64,000 nucleotides of DNA from an uncultured virus (IMG/VR IMGVR_UViG_3300027708_000053) (taxonomy: Duplodnaviria > Heunggongvirae > Uroviricota > Caudoviricetes): IMG/VR virus record IMGVR_UViG_3300027708_000053. One strand, given 5' to 3'. Positions within the stretch are counted from its first letter, which is position 1, and every line of letters begins with the position of its first letter. Below the pieces are notes generated by a model. It worked only from the letters and a program-made list of their open reading frames with translations, searched no databases and was not told where the DNA came from. A program made the translations under genes and the position numbers. Below are positions 1 through 9,562 of the stretch, piece after piece.

Positions 1-971
1 TGGGTTTTTTCTGGGTACCCGAAGAAGTTGATTTGACTCGTGATAGTAAAGACTTTCGTGATCTATCAAAGCATGAACAACATATTTTTACTAGCAATCT
101 AAAGCGCCAAATTCTACTTGATTCAGTTCAAGGTAGAGCACCATCTGCAGCATTTGGTCCTATTTGTTCATTGCCTGAATTAGAGAACTGGATTGTTGCT
201 TGGACATTTAGTGAATCCGTTCATTCACGTTCTTATACACATATCATTCGTAATGTCTATAGTGATCCGTCAAAAGTTCTTGATGGTATCCTTGATATGC
301 AAGAAATTGTTGATTGTGCCAAGGATATTAGTTTATATTATGATAATCTAATTGATCTAAATCAACGTGCTGCTAGCAGTAGTCATGTTCATCTAATTCC
401 AAATTCATATAAACATAAGAAAGCCCTCTGGATGGCGCTTATGTCAGTTAATATTCTTGAAGGCATTCGCTTCTATGTTAGCTTTGCTTGTTCATGGGCA
501 TTTGCTGAATTGAAGAAGATGGAAGGTAATGCCAAGATTATTAAGCTGATTGCTCGTGATGAAAACCTACATCTTGCAAGCACTCAACAACTACTAAAGA
601 TTCTACCTCAAGATGATCTCGATTTTGCGACCATTCGAACCGAGACCAAAGATGAGTGTGTAGCAATGTTCAAGTCTGCTGCCGAACAGGAAATAAAGTG
701 GGCAGAATATCTATTTAAGGATGGATCAATGATTGGTCTGAATAAAGAACTATTAGAAGATTATGTTGAATGGATTACCAATAGACGTTTACAAGCTGTT
801 GGATTGCCATTGATATATAAGACAGGGTCCAATCCACTTCCATGGACACAAAAATGGATTAGTGGTGGAGAAGTTCAAGTAGCACCGCAGGAAACACAGA
901 TCACATCTTACATTGTCGGTGGTGTAAAGAAAGATGTATCAACAGAAAGCATGAAGGGACTTAGTTTATAA
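1..971 (+). CDS. nrdB: Ribonucleotide reductase class Ia beta subunit (5' truncated by window edge)
   Basis: Frame is open from base 3 (GFFWVPEEVDL); di-iron motifs ESVHSRSY, EGIRFY and DENLH; C-terminal VAPQETQITSY. Confidence 0.97.
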   Translation, partial: GFFWVPEEVDLTRDSKDFRDLSKHEQHIFTSNLKRQILLDSVQGRAPSAAFGPICSLPELENWIVAWTFSESVHSRSYTHIIRNVYSDPSKVLDGILDMQEIVDCAKDISLYYDNLIDLNQRAASSSHVHLIPNSYKHKKALWMALMSVNILEGIRFYVSFACSWAFAELKKMEGNAKIIKLIARDENLHLASTQQLLKILPQDDLDFATIRTETKDECVAMFKSAAEQEIKWAEYLFKDGSMIGLNKELLEDYVEWITNRRLQAVGLPLIYKTGSNPLPWTQKWISGGEVQVAPQETQITSYIVGGVKKDVSTESMKGLSL

Positions 972-1844
972 ATGACACAATCTAATACATTAATAGACAA
1001 AGCATCTTTGGTTATAAGTAAATTAGAAAATAAGAAAAAAATAAGTAAAGAACCAGAATATCCCTATATACATTTTAAACATATAGCACCATCTTCTGAG
1101 AATCTTAAAGAAGAACAAGATTTAGAACAATTACCACATGATAGATTACCTACCATTACATCTGGTTGGAGAGAACGTAATGATAATTCTCATATAGGTA
1201 AGAATTCAAATTCGATAACATCTGCTTTAAAAAAAATACCAAAATTAAATAGTTCAGAAAAAGAAGATGTCGAAAGTTATACAGGTAAAAAAGGCCGTGG
1301 AAGTGGTGAAATTAACAATACATTATTAAAGCCTAAGAGTCCAATACATTATAGTCAATATGGATTTGCCAAAAGATTACACAAAGTTACGTCCCAGCCT
1401 ATAGGTCATAATATTAACCTATATTCCGGTGTATATAGCGATCCTAGAAAATGGCAAAAAGAAAGCGATGGGTCAACAAAACTTAGAGCTTTTACATCAT
1501 TAACACATGATAAAAAAACAGCTCATGTATTTGCTCATCAATGGTCTGAAGGAAAAAAAGCATCTCCTGAAGGTAAGAAGGGTAAAATTCATATTATACA
1601 TTTACATGCCAAAGCTAATGATCTAGGTCTTCCTGTGATGAAGCATTCAGATTTTGAGGAACACGAAACGGTTCTTCCACCAGATACACACATTAGACCA
1701 CATCCAGATTATGTTAATGATAAAGGTGTGCATGAACCGGAAATTCATACAGGTTCGGATGGTACAAAAATACATATACATCATTATGTTATTCATAGCC
1801 AGACACACCCGGATAATTATAGACCAGCTAATAAAGTATACTAA
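972..1844 (+). CDS. Putative ADP-ribosyltransferase (VIP2/Alt/Mod-like fold)
   Basis: YTG...SGEINNTL, LYSGV (canonical LYRG), FTSLT (STS-like) and EHETVLP (ExE-like) in the expected order. Confidence 0.65.
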   Translation: MTQSNTLIDKASLVISKLENKKKISKEPEYPYIHFKHIAPSSENLKEEQDLEQLPHDRLPTITSGWRERNDNSHIGKNSNSITSALKKIPKLNSSEKEDVESYTGKKGRGSGEINNTLLKPKSPIHYSQYGFAKRLHKVTSQPIGHNINLYSGVYSDPRKWQKESDGSTKLRAFTSLTHDKKTAHVFAHQWSEGKKASPEGKKGKIHIIHLHAKANDLGLPVMKHSDFEEHETVLPPDTHIRPHPDYVNDKGVHEPEIHTGSDGTKIHIHHYVIHSQTHPDNYRPANKVY

Positions 1845-1856
1845 GGAGAAATAAAA

Positions 1857-2105
1857 ATGGGATGGAGTTCAGGATCGTCACTTTTTAGTGATGTTGCAGA
1901 AATTATTGCAGAAAATGTAGTAGATGATAATGTTCGTAAGCTAATTTATATGGGGCTTATTGAATCATTTCAAAATCATGATTGCGATACATTAGATGAA
2001 TGCATGGATATTGATCCAGTGCTTGATACTTTGCTTGAATCACTGGTTGAAGAAGACGAAGATGAAGAAGATGAATGGCCTGATGGTGGTCGGGAAATGT
2101 TTTAA
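1857..2105 (+). CDS. Hypothetical acidic protein
   Basis: 82-aa ORF with AGGAG RBS. Confidence 0.75.
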   Translation: MGWSSGSSLFSDVAEIIAENVVDDNVRKLIYMGLIESFQNHDCDTLDECMDIDPVLDTLLESLVEEDEDEEDEWPDGGREMF

Positions 2106-2119
2106 GTAAAAATAAAGAC

Positions 2120-2150
2120 CTAAATATGAGGGAATATGGAGTTCCCTCAT
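2120..2150 (+). promoter_or_regulatory. Late-type promoter (CTAAATA) plus hairpin covering the RBS/start of the GIY-YIG gene
   Basis: ATGAGGGAA 2126-2134 pairs with TTCCCTCAT 2142-2150; GGAG lies in the loop. Confidence 0.6.
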
Positions 2151-2565
2151 GTGGCTATATAATGAAAAAGAAATTGATGAATCTTTGCTAGAAGGACATA
2201 TTGGATTTGTTTACAGAATAACAAATCTAAAAACCAATAGAATCTATATTGGTAAAAAACTTTTAAAGTTTAGTAAAACAAAAAAAGTAAAAGGCAAGAA
2301 GAAAAGGTTCCTAGTTGACTCGGATTGGAAACAATACTGGGGATCAAATAAAGTTCTAATTCAAGATGTACTTGACTTAGGTGAAGAGAATTTTACTAGA
2401 GAAATTCTTAGATTATGCAAGATGAGAGGTGAAATGTCTTATTTTGAAGCAAAGTTACAATTTGACTTATGTGTTTTGGAATCTGAACAGTATTACAATG
2501 AGTGGATAATGATTAAAGTTCATAAAGCACATTTAAAAAAGATTGACTTTGTCACAAAAGTATGA
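2149..2565 (+). CDS. GIY-YIG endonuclease (Seg-like)
   Basis: GFVYRITNLKTNRIYIGKK motif, YWGS, FTREIL. Confidence 0.88.
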   Translation: MWLYNEKEIDESLLEGHIGFVYRITNLKTNRIYIGKKLLKFSKTKKVKGKKKRFLVDSDWKQYWGSNKVLIQDVLDLGEENFTREILRLCKMRGEMSYFEAKLQFDLCVLESEQYYNEWIMIKVHKAHLKKIDFVTKV

Positions 2566-2571
2566 TATAAT
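2543..2571 (+). promoter_or_regulatory. Sigma70-like early promoter
   Basis: TTGACT-17 nt-TATAAT. Confidence 0.75.
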
Positions 2572-2590
2572 ACACTCATAGGAGAATACT

Positions 2591-3061
2591 ATGACATTTG
2601 ATATTGAAGAAGTTCGGCAATATATTACTAATTCATCAATGCAATCCAAAATTTATATTGGCGGTGATTCTGAACGAATTAAGTTACCTAATGGTAAGTG
2701 GGTTGCTGATTATGCAACAGTGGTTGTTATCCATATTGATGGAAAGCATGGTGCTAAAATCTTTGGTGAAGTAACTCGTGAGCCTGATTTTGACCATAAA
2801 ATTGCTCGACCATCTCTACGTCTGATGAATGAAGTTTATAAGGTAGCAGATTTATATTATAAACTTGCAGATTCGATTGGTTCGCGTATGGCTGAAATCC
2901 ATTTAGATCTAAATCCCGATGAACGGCACGGATCATCTTGTGTTGTTACTCAAGCAGTTGGATATATACTTGGTACTTGTAATATTAAAGCACAAGTAAA
3001 GCCAAACGCGTTTGCGGCTTCAATTGCAGCTGATAGATTTAAAGCCCTAGCAGCGGCCTAA
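2591..3061 (+). CDS. RNase H-like YkuK/DUF458 family protein
   Basis: KIYIGGDS, RLMNEV, EIHLDLN and KPNAFAASIAAD motifs. Confidence 0.8.
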   Translation: MTFDIEEVRQYITNSSMQSKIYIGGDSERIKLPNGKWVADYATVVVIHIDGKHGAKIFGEVTREPDFDHKIARPSLRLMNEVYKVADLYYKLADSIGSRMAEIHLDLNPDERHGSSCVVTQAVGYILGTCNIKAQVKPNAFAASIAADRFKALAAA

Positions 3062-3090
3062 ATACATAATCAAAAATAGGAGACAAACTC

Positions 3091-3594
3091 GTGTTAAAGA
3101 CCATAATGATTGGTCTTTTGAGTTTGGGCATTTTTATTATAGTCAATACTGACTCAACGTATAGTAATACAACAATTGATGATTCTCATATAGAGGAAGA
3201 GAACAGCAGTCAACAAGCTGCATCCGAATCATTGTCAACTGACGACAATGAAGTTATTGCCCAAATTCAAGAGAACCTGGAAGCTTTTACCGTAAGTGTA
3301 AGGCCGCCACGACGACCAAGATATATAACAGCATCATGGTATCGTCACGGAAAAATAACTGCAAATGGTGAAAGGTTTGATCCGAATGGATTGACAGTAG
3401 CTCATAAAAGATTGCCGTTTAATACCATGATTCGATTCACTAATCCAGAAAATGGTTTATCAATCATTGCAAGAGTTAATGATCGTGGACCATATATAAG
3501 AGGTAGGGATTTTGATCTTAGTGTTAGATCGGCACAACTTCTAGGATTCTACGAAAAAGGAGTTGCAAGACTTGATATGGAAATTATTAGATAA
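3091..3594 (+). CDS. rlpA: RlpA-like lytic transglycosylase (DPBB domain) with N-terminal signal/TM segment
   Basis: ASWY, TANGERFD, TVAHKRLPFNT, RVNDRGPY and DLS motifs. Confidence 0.9.
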   Translation: MLKTIMIGLLSLGIFIIVNTDSTYSNTTIDDSHIEEENSSQQAASESLSTDDNEVIAQIQENLEAFTVSVRPPRRPRYITASWYRHGKITANGERFDPNGLTVAHKRLPFNTMIRFTNPENGLSIIARVNDRGPYIRGRDFDLSVRSAQLLGFYEKGVARLDMEIIR

Positions 3595-3616
3595 ATTGAG
3601 GAGGAATATTATTAAT

Positions 3617-4039
3617 ATGCCAAGACCACATGGAAGTAAGAATAGGCCTAAGACTACAGCAGAAGAACCAATTGAATTTGATTATGAAACATTCGGAAAT
3701 GATGATACATATAATCAAATTATGAATACTTCACAATCTTTTACTACACCTGTAAATCCAAGTGTCAGGGAAATGCCAGTTTCGGCTCCCGAAACATTTT
3801 ATAACAACCCGGAGCTTATTATGTCAGACAAAGCACAACTACTGTATCTAATTGAAGGTCGGGTCCGTATGGATCAAATGGGTTCATCGGAACCTGTTTT
3901 CTCTGATCAAAAGAGACTTGTATGGGCTTATTCTTTTGAGGAAGCCATTGGTAAGTTCTCTAATTATTTTGCAGGTATTTCAACTACTTCTCAGCGCTAT
4001 ACTGTTGTTGGTGCTGGAGGTTCGGAATCAATCAGTTGA
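3617..4039 (+). CDS. Hypothetical protein
   Basis: ATG after GAGGAGGA RBS; N-terminal RPHGSKNRPK basic motif. Confidence 0.7.
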   Translation: MPRPHGSKNRPKTTAEEPIEFDYETFGNDDTYNQIMNTSQSFTTPVNPSVREMPVSAPETFYNNPELIMSDKAQLLYLIEGRVRMDQMGSSEPVFSDQKRLVWAYSFEEAIGKFSNYFAGISTTSQRYTVVGAGGSESIS

Positions 4040-4287
4040 TTGAGGTATATTCAAAGACTGATTGTATCTATTGCAATATGGCCAAGGATCTTTTGGCCTT
4101 CTGTAATATTACATACACAGAACAAACACTTGGAGTGGATTTTACCTTGAATATACTCAAGAATAAATTTCCGGATGCTAAAACTTTTCCAATAATAGTT
4201 GTTGACGGATTCTATATTGGGGGTTATAATCAACTTAAAGAGCATATACAATCCAATAATGATTATCGTAAATTTCTTTCTGAATAA
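4036..4287 (+). CDS. Glutaredoxin
   Basis: CIYC active site, TFP, YIGGY. Confidence 0.92.
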   Translation: MIEVYSKTDCIYCNMAKDLLAFCNITYTEQTLGVDFTLNILKNKFPDAKTFPIIVVDGFYIGGYNQLKEHIQSNNDYRKFLSE

Positions 4288-4299
4288 GGAATATATATA

Positions 4300-4587
4300 A
4301 TGAGTGGTTTATATCAACGAGACACTGTTCTCAAGGATCTTCGTGAACAGGTCATGGAAGTACATTTTGTAAAGACCAATGGTGAGCAACGTATTATGCG
4401 TTGCACTCTTCAGAAGCATATGCTTCCCGAAATGTATCAAAATAGTTATGATGAACAAAAAGAGGAACGTGAGTTCCATCAAAAGAATCCTGATGTAATT
4501 GCTGCATGGGATGTCCAGGAAAATGGTTGGCGGTCATTCAGAATTGATAGTGTATTTTACACACAAACTGTAAACACTGCTGTCTAA
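4300..4587 (+). CDS. WYL-like/SH3-fold phage protein (DUF2693-like)
   Basis: FVKTNGEQRIMRCTL and WDVQENGWRSFRIDSV. Confidence 0.75.
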   Translation: MSGLYQRDTVLKDLREQVMEVHFVKTNGEQRIMRCTLQKHMLPEMYQNSYDEQKEEREFHQKNPDVIAAWDVQENGWRSFRIDSVFYTQTVNTAV

Positions 4588-4599
4588 AGGAATATTATA

Positions 4600-4983
4600 A
4601 TGAGTGAAGAAAAGTTCTGGGGTTATCATGCCATTCTTGATGCCGCCGGTTGTGATCTTGATAAGATGACAAGTTATGAAAATGTTTATAACTTTGCAAA
4701 GCAACTCGTCAAGGATATTGATATGATTGCTTATGGTGAACCACAGATTGTTAATTTTGGTTCCGGTAACAAAGCAGGATATACTCTGATTCAATTGATT
4801 GAAACAAGTAATATCTGTGCACATTTTGCAAATGAAAATCAAGAAATATATCTTGATGTATTCAGTTGTAAGCCATATGATGAACGGATTGTTGAAGATT
4901 TGCTCATTCAATATTTTGGTGCTAAGTCTCTTCGTCGGGCATTTATTAAGCGTCAAGCAGTTCTTGATGTAACCAATACATGA
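4600..4983 (+). CDS. speD: S-adenosylmethionine decarboxylase proenzyme-like
   Basis: GYHAILD, LIETSNICAH (cleavage-site region) and YLDVFSCK. Confidence 0.8.
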   Translation: MSEEKFWGYHAILDAAGCDLDKMTSYENVYNFAKQLVKDIDMIAYGEPQIVNFGSGNKAGYTLIQLIETSNICAHFANENQEIYLDVFSCKPYDERIVEDLLIQYFGAKSLRRAFIKRQAVLDVTNT

Positions 4984-5390
4984 TTGTTGGTTTTACTTGT
5001 GGAGCATTTGATTTGCTCCACCCAGGCCATTTATATCTATTGAAGATTGCCTCTGAACAATGTGATAAACTTATTGTTGGATTGCACACTGATCCTTCAA
5101 TTGAGCGCCCGGAAAAAAATAGACCGGCTCAGACTACACTGGAAAGATATCTACAATTAGCTTCGTTGTCATATGTTAACCAAATTGTGCCATATGACAC
5201 TGAAAATGATCTAATTAATCTCTTATCCATTTCAAATATTCATAAAAGATTCATTGGTTCTGATTACGAAGGTGTTGATATTACCGGCCAATACACCTGT
5301 GAACAAAGAAATATTAAAATAGTTTTTATTCCAAGACTTCATTCTTGGAGTTCCTTAGGATTGCGGCGTAGAATATGTGAGGATTTATAA
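4980..5390 (+). CDS. Cytidylyltransferase-family nucleotidyltransferase (TagD/HldC-like)
   Basis: GAFDLLHPGH (HxGH), LIVGL, GSDY. Confidence 0.9.
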   Translation: MIVGFTCGAFDLLHPGHLYLLKIASEQCDKLIVGLHTDPSIERPEKNRPAQTTLERYLQLASLSYVNQIVPYDTENDLINLLSISNIHKRFIGSDYEGVDITGQYTCEQRNIKIVFIPRLHSWSSLGLRRRICEDL

Positions 5391-5992
5391 TGGTTAAAAT
5401 TATTACTGATTTTCCTATTGCTTATGAGAGTCATGATCATATTGTTCCATGTGGAACAAAGCAAGATAATACCAAGAATGGTGCATATGTAAGAGAACTT
5501 ATTCGTAGGTTCGGACCTGATATGCGGTACATGGATCTTGGTTGTGCCGGTGGTGGTTTTGTTTCTCAATTCTTGAAGAATGGTGTGCTTGCTGTCGGTA
5601 TTGAAGGCAGTGATTATGGTATGAAGAATGACCACGGAGAGTGGCCAAAGATTCCAAATAACTTATTTACTGCTGATATTACCAAGCCATTCCAGGTAGT
5701 TGATGATGAAGGCACTCGGATTGAATTTGATGTTATTTCAGCATTCGATGTGCTTGAACATATCCATGAAGTAGATCTACCACAAGTGCTTACAAACATT
5801 AATAATCACCTAAAGCAAGGTGGTATTTTCACTGCTGGTATTGCCACATTCCCAGATGAAGGTTATCATGTTACCCTTCAGCAAGAGTCTTGGTGGGATG
5901 CTTTACATCATGATCATGGTTTGATCCGAGTCGAACCACTTGAGAACTTTGGTCGATTGACATCTATTAATGCGGTGTATTTAAAGCGGTGA
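5390..5992 (+). CDS. Class I SAM-dependent methyltransferase
   Basis: MDLGCAGG motif I, FDVISAFDVLEHI, LKQGG. Confidence 0.88.
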   Translation: MVKIITDFPIAYESHDHIVPCGTKQDNTKNGAYVRELIRRFGPDMRYMDLGCAGGGFVSQFLKNGVLAVGIEGSDYGMKNDHGEWPKIPNNLFTADITKPFQVVDDEGTRIEFDVISAFDVLEHIHEVDLPQVLTNINNHLKQGGIFTAGIATFPDEGYHVTLQQESWWDALHHDHGLIRVEPLENFGRLTSINAVYLKR

Positions 5993-6975
5993 AACCTGTA
6001 GCTATTGTAACTGGATCATATGGATATATTGGTTCGGTTTTAACCAAGGTACTAAATGAATCGGGTTATTTTGTGGTCGGTATTGACTATAACCCACAAG
6101 CAGAACAATGTTGGACTCGTAATAAAACCAGAACAAAGTACTGTGATGATTTTCTATGTGATGACTTTGTTTCAGAAAAAGCGCTACATATTTTAAAAGA
6201 ATATCCAAATGCTACTGTATTCCATCTTGCAGCAGATAGTCTATTAGGTCCTAGTGCTTACGATCCTTTGAGCTATTATGAAAATAATACTGCAAAGACA
6301 TTAAAGTTAATACAAAATCTTAAGTCTACACATAAACTTGTCTTTGCCAGTACTGCAGCTGTATATGCTGAGACAGATAAAGTTGTCACTGAAAGTAGTG
6401 AAATTGATCCCCCAAATAACTACGGTAGGTCAAAACTTTGGTGTGAACAGATTATTGATTCATGCTATGAGATATTAAAGTTAAAAGCAGTATCATTTAG
6501 ATTCTTTAATGTAATCAGTGCATATGATGATATGGGCCAACTCCCCAATACACCGCATATTATTAATAAACTTTGTGATAAAGCAATTCACAAAGATAGT
6601 CCATTTGTAATCACTGGTGATGATTATGAGACAAAAGATGGTACATGTGTTCGTGATTATCTACATGTAGTTGATGTATGCAGAGCGCTTATTCATGCAG
6701 ATAAGTTTCTTGATGACAAGGATCCTTGTTCACTAAAGTTTAATTTAGGAACAAAAAGAGGAACATCCGTCAAGGAAATAGTTGATCTATTTAATGGTGT
6801 TTGCACATATGTTGAGCATAGAGTTGGTGAAAAACGAAAAGGTGATCCGGCTTTTTTAGTCGCAAATCCCGATAAGTTTATAAAAAAGACCGGATTCAAA
6901 TATCAATATAAAAGTAGTGATTTGGATTTAATGATAAAACAACATTGGAGCTATAGAAATAATGTCAGGCTTTGA
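5989..6975 (+). CDS. galE: NAD-dependent epimerase (UDP-glucose 4-epimerase-like)
   Basis: TGSYGYIGS, FASTAAVY, YGRSK, DGTCVRDYLHV. Confidence 0.9.
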   Translation: MKPVAIVTGSYGYIGSVLTKVLNESGYFVVGIDYNPQAEQCWTRNKTRTKYCDDFLCDDFVSEKALHILKEYPNATVFHLAADSLLGPSAYDPLSYYENNTAKTLKLIQNLKSTHKLVFASTAAVYAETDKVVTESSEIDPPNNYGRSKLWCEQIIDSCYEILKLKAVSFRFFNVISAYDDMGQLPNTPHIINKLCDKAIHKDSPFVITGDDYETKDGTCVRDYLHVVDVCRALIHADKFLDDKDPCSLKFNLGTKRGTSVKEIVDLFNGVCTYVEHRVGEKRKGDPAFLVANPDKFIKKTGFKYQYKSSDLDLMIKQHWSYRNNVRL

Positions 6976-7954
6976 AGAAAATGAAATCTCAGTAAAGTCA
7001 AATGGCGGTACTGAACAAACAAAGCGAATGGTTGCATCTCATTTGCCAGAAGGATTGGCAGATGATTTTCAAATTATTTGTTCACGTGTAAGAAAGATCG
7101 AAGAAGATAAGATTAGAGTTTACTGGTTACACGATCTGCCGAACGATCCCGAGACTAATCATCTAAAAGATTTATCAAGTCGTGACAGATTCCATAAAAT
7201 GGTTTTCTGTGGTCATTGGCAATATAATCAGTATTTAAATCTGTTGGATATTTCTCCTAATAATAAGTGTGCAGTTATTGATACACCTATTGTACCAATA
7301 GAATATAAGGTTAAGTCGACTGATCAAGTTCGGTTGATTTATACTAGCACTCCTCAGAGAGGTCTTGCTCTTCTTATACCGGTATTTGTTGAACTTGCAA
7401 AGACCAGAAAAAATATTCATCTTGATGTGTTCTCCAGTTTCTCAATTTATGGCTGGGATCAGGCAGATGAACAATTTAAGGATTTATTTGAAATCTGTAA
7501 GACTCATCCACAAATTACTTATCATGGATATGCTTCAAATGAAGAGGTAAGAGCAGCACAACAACAAGCACATATCTTTGCCTATCCTTCTATTTGGCAA
7601 GAATGTAATAGTCGTGCATTGATTGAAGCAATGAGTGCTGGTGCTCTTTGCTTGCATCCAAATCTTGCTGGTCTTTCGGATACATCTGGCAACTTAACAT
7701 CAATGTATCAATATGAAGAAGATCACAATGTACATGTGAATAAGTTTTACCATCTGTTAAATCATGCAATTGATTTGGTTCACAAGGAAGATGTACAAAA
7801 CTATCTTCGGTTTATTAAGCAGTATGCTGACACCAGATTTAATATTGTTAAGATTGCTGGTGAATGGGAAACTCTTCTTCTTTCATTAAAAGAACAATAC
7901 CCAACTGTTCAATCACGTTACCTACCAAAGAAAATGTTTAGATACAATACATGA
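6962..7954 (+). CDS. Glycosyltransferase, GT-B/GT4-like
   Basis: GGTE, YTSTPQRGL, FAYPSIWQE...IEAMSAG. Confidence 0.88.
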   Translation: MSGFEENEISVKSNGGTEQTKRMVASHLPEGLADDFQIICSRVRKIEEDKIRVYWLHDLPNDPETNHLKDLSSRDRFHKMVFCGHWQYNQYLNLLDISPNNKCAVIDTPIVPIEYKVKSTDQVRLIYTSTPQRGLALLIPVFVELAKTRKNIHLDVFSSFSIYGWDQADEQFKDLFEICKTHPQITYHGYASNEEVRAAQQQAHIFAYPSIWQECNSRALIEAMSAGALCLHPNLAGLSDTSGNLTSMYQYEEDHNVHVNKFYHLLNHAIDLVHKEDVQNYLRFIKQYADTRFNIVKIAGEWETLLLSLKEQYPTVQSRYLPKKMFRYNT

Positions 7955-8928
7955 TTATTACGTCAACTCCACTTAGAATAAGTTTTTTTGGTGGTGGGTC
8001 TGATATCCCACAATATTATAACAAAAGACCTGGTATGGTTATTTCAACCTCTATTGACAGACAAATACAAATTGCTGTCAATAGGTGTGAGACTCCACAT
8101 ATTAGAGCTGTTTATTCTGAAATGGAAGTGGTTAATAATGTTGAGAATATTAAGCACACTCGTATTAAGGAAGTTCTAAAGTACTTTGCAATAAGTAATA
8201 ATATTGAAATTTGTAGTTTCTCTGATGTCTCCACAAAAGGTACTGGATTAGGATCATCATCAACATTTACGGTTGGTCTACTGAATGCACTTTATAATCA
8301 AAAGAATTATTTCTACAATAGAAAAGATCTAGCCGAAACTGCTTGTGAAATTGAAATTGATAAATTAAAAGAACCTATTGGTAAACAAGATCAATACGCT
8401 GCAGCATATGGTGGATTCAATGTAATACGATTTGATGCATCAAATGTGGATATTACACCAATAAATGTTGGCGCAAATGTATTAAGAAAACTAAATCAGA
8501 ATTTGATGTTTTATTTTACTGGTATAAGTAGAAATACTTCCGATATTCTTTCGGATCAAGTTAGTGGTATTGTTGATAATGGAACAACCGTATTTGATAA
8601 TACTACTAGACTCGTTGATCTAGCAGAAGATGCTTTAAAGTTCTTACAGCAGAATAAACTAAATGATTTTGGTTCACTACTGGGTGATGGCTGGAATATT
8701 AAAAAGAAACTCTCAACCAAAATATCCAATTCTGATATTGATGAGATGTATGATACAGCAATAAATGCAGGCGCTCTTGGTGGTAAGTTATTGGGTGCTG
8801 GCGGTGGTGGATATCTTATGTTTTATGTACCAGAATCATGCCAAAATAAAGTTTCACTTGCAATGTCAAAATACAAAAAAGTAAATTTTAATTTCACGGA
8901 CAAAGGATCTACAGCGACATGTCTATGA
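7951..8928 (+). CDS. hddA: GHMP kinase, HddA-like heptose-7-phosphate kinase
   Basis: PLRISFFGGGSD, GTGLGSSS, GKQDQYAAAYGG, GGKLLGAGGGG. Confidence 0.88.
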   Translation: MIITSTPLRISFFGGGSDIPQYYNKRPGMVISTSIDRQIQIAVNRCETPHIRAVYSEMEVVNNVENIKHTRIKEVLKYFAISNNIEICSFSDVSTKGTGLGSSSTFTVGLLNALYNQKNYFYNRKDLAETACEIEIDKLKEPIGKQDQYAAAYGGFNVIRFDASNVDITPINVGANVLRKLNQNLMFYFTGISRNTSDILSDQVSGIVDNGTTVFDNTTRLVDLAEDALKFLQQNKLNDFGSLLGDGWNIKKKLSTKISNSDIDEMYDTAINAGALGGKLLGAGGGGYLMFYVPESCQNKVSLAMSKYKKVNFNFTDKGSTATCL

Positions 8929-9515
8929 TTACTCATTCTTATCTAAATTATGCAAAAGATTTATATGTTGCTATGAATAGTGTAGCAGAAAAAGATATTA
9001 AAGATGCATATAATATGTTCACGATAAGTTTAGGCAGCCCAGTATATATTTTTGGTAATGGTGGTTCAGCAGCTATTGCTGATCACTTCTGCTGTGACTA
9101 TAATAAAGGTATCTATTATGATACTGGATTAAAAACAAAAGCAATTAGCCTTGCCTCAAATGGTCCTTTGATTAGTGCAATATCAAATGACTTTAGTTAC
9201 TCACATGTGTTTGCAAGACAATTGGAATTTTTTGGTGATGGATCATTTGCTACAGCTATTGCGGTATCATCCAGTGGTAATTCACTAAATATTATTGAAG
9301 GGCTTAGAGAAGCCAAAAAGAAAAATATGTCTACTATGGCTCTTGTTGGTTTTAATGGTGGCCAAGTCGTACGTGATAAGTTGGCTGATTGTATTATACA
9401 TGTAAAAAGTAATAATTATGGTATTGTAGAAGATAGTCATATGGCCATTCTTCATAGCCTCATTCAAATGATTCGAACTGACTATGCTTTAGACCAAGAT
9501 ACCCTAAAATTATAA
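8919..9515 (+). CDS. gmhA: Phosphoheptose isomerase (SIS domain)
   Basis: FGNGGSAAIADH, SAISND, SSSGNS, VEDSHM. Confidence 0.88.
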   Translation: MSMITHSYLNYAKDLYVAMNSVAEKDIKDAYNMFTISLGSPVYIFGNGGSAAIADHFCCDYNKGIYYDTGLKTKAISLASNGPLISAISNDFSYSHVFARQLEFFGDGSFATAIAVSSSGNSLNIIEGLREAKKKNMSTMALVGFNGGQVVRDKLADCIIHVKSNNYGIVEDSHMAILHSLIQMIRTDYALDQDTLKL

Positions 9516-9557
9516 ATAAAAAAAATTGTTGACATTGTGAACTACAAGGTATATAAT
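9511..9557 (+). promoter_or_regulatory. Late promoter (TATAAATA) and early sigma70-like promoter
   Basis: TATAAATA 9511-9518; TTGACA 9529-9534, 17 nt, TATAAT 9552-9557. Confidence 0.7.
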
Positions 9558-9562
9558 ACATT

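Noticed and set aside
1..971. Intron or intein in nrdB
   Set aside because: The visible part is continuous and of normal length; the GIY-YIG gene is free-standing.
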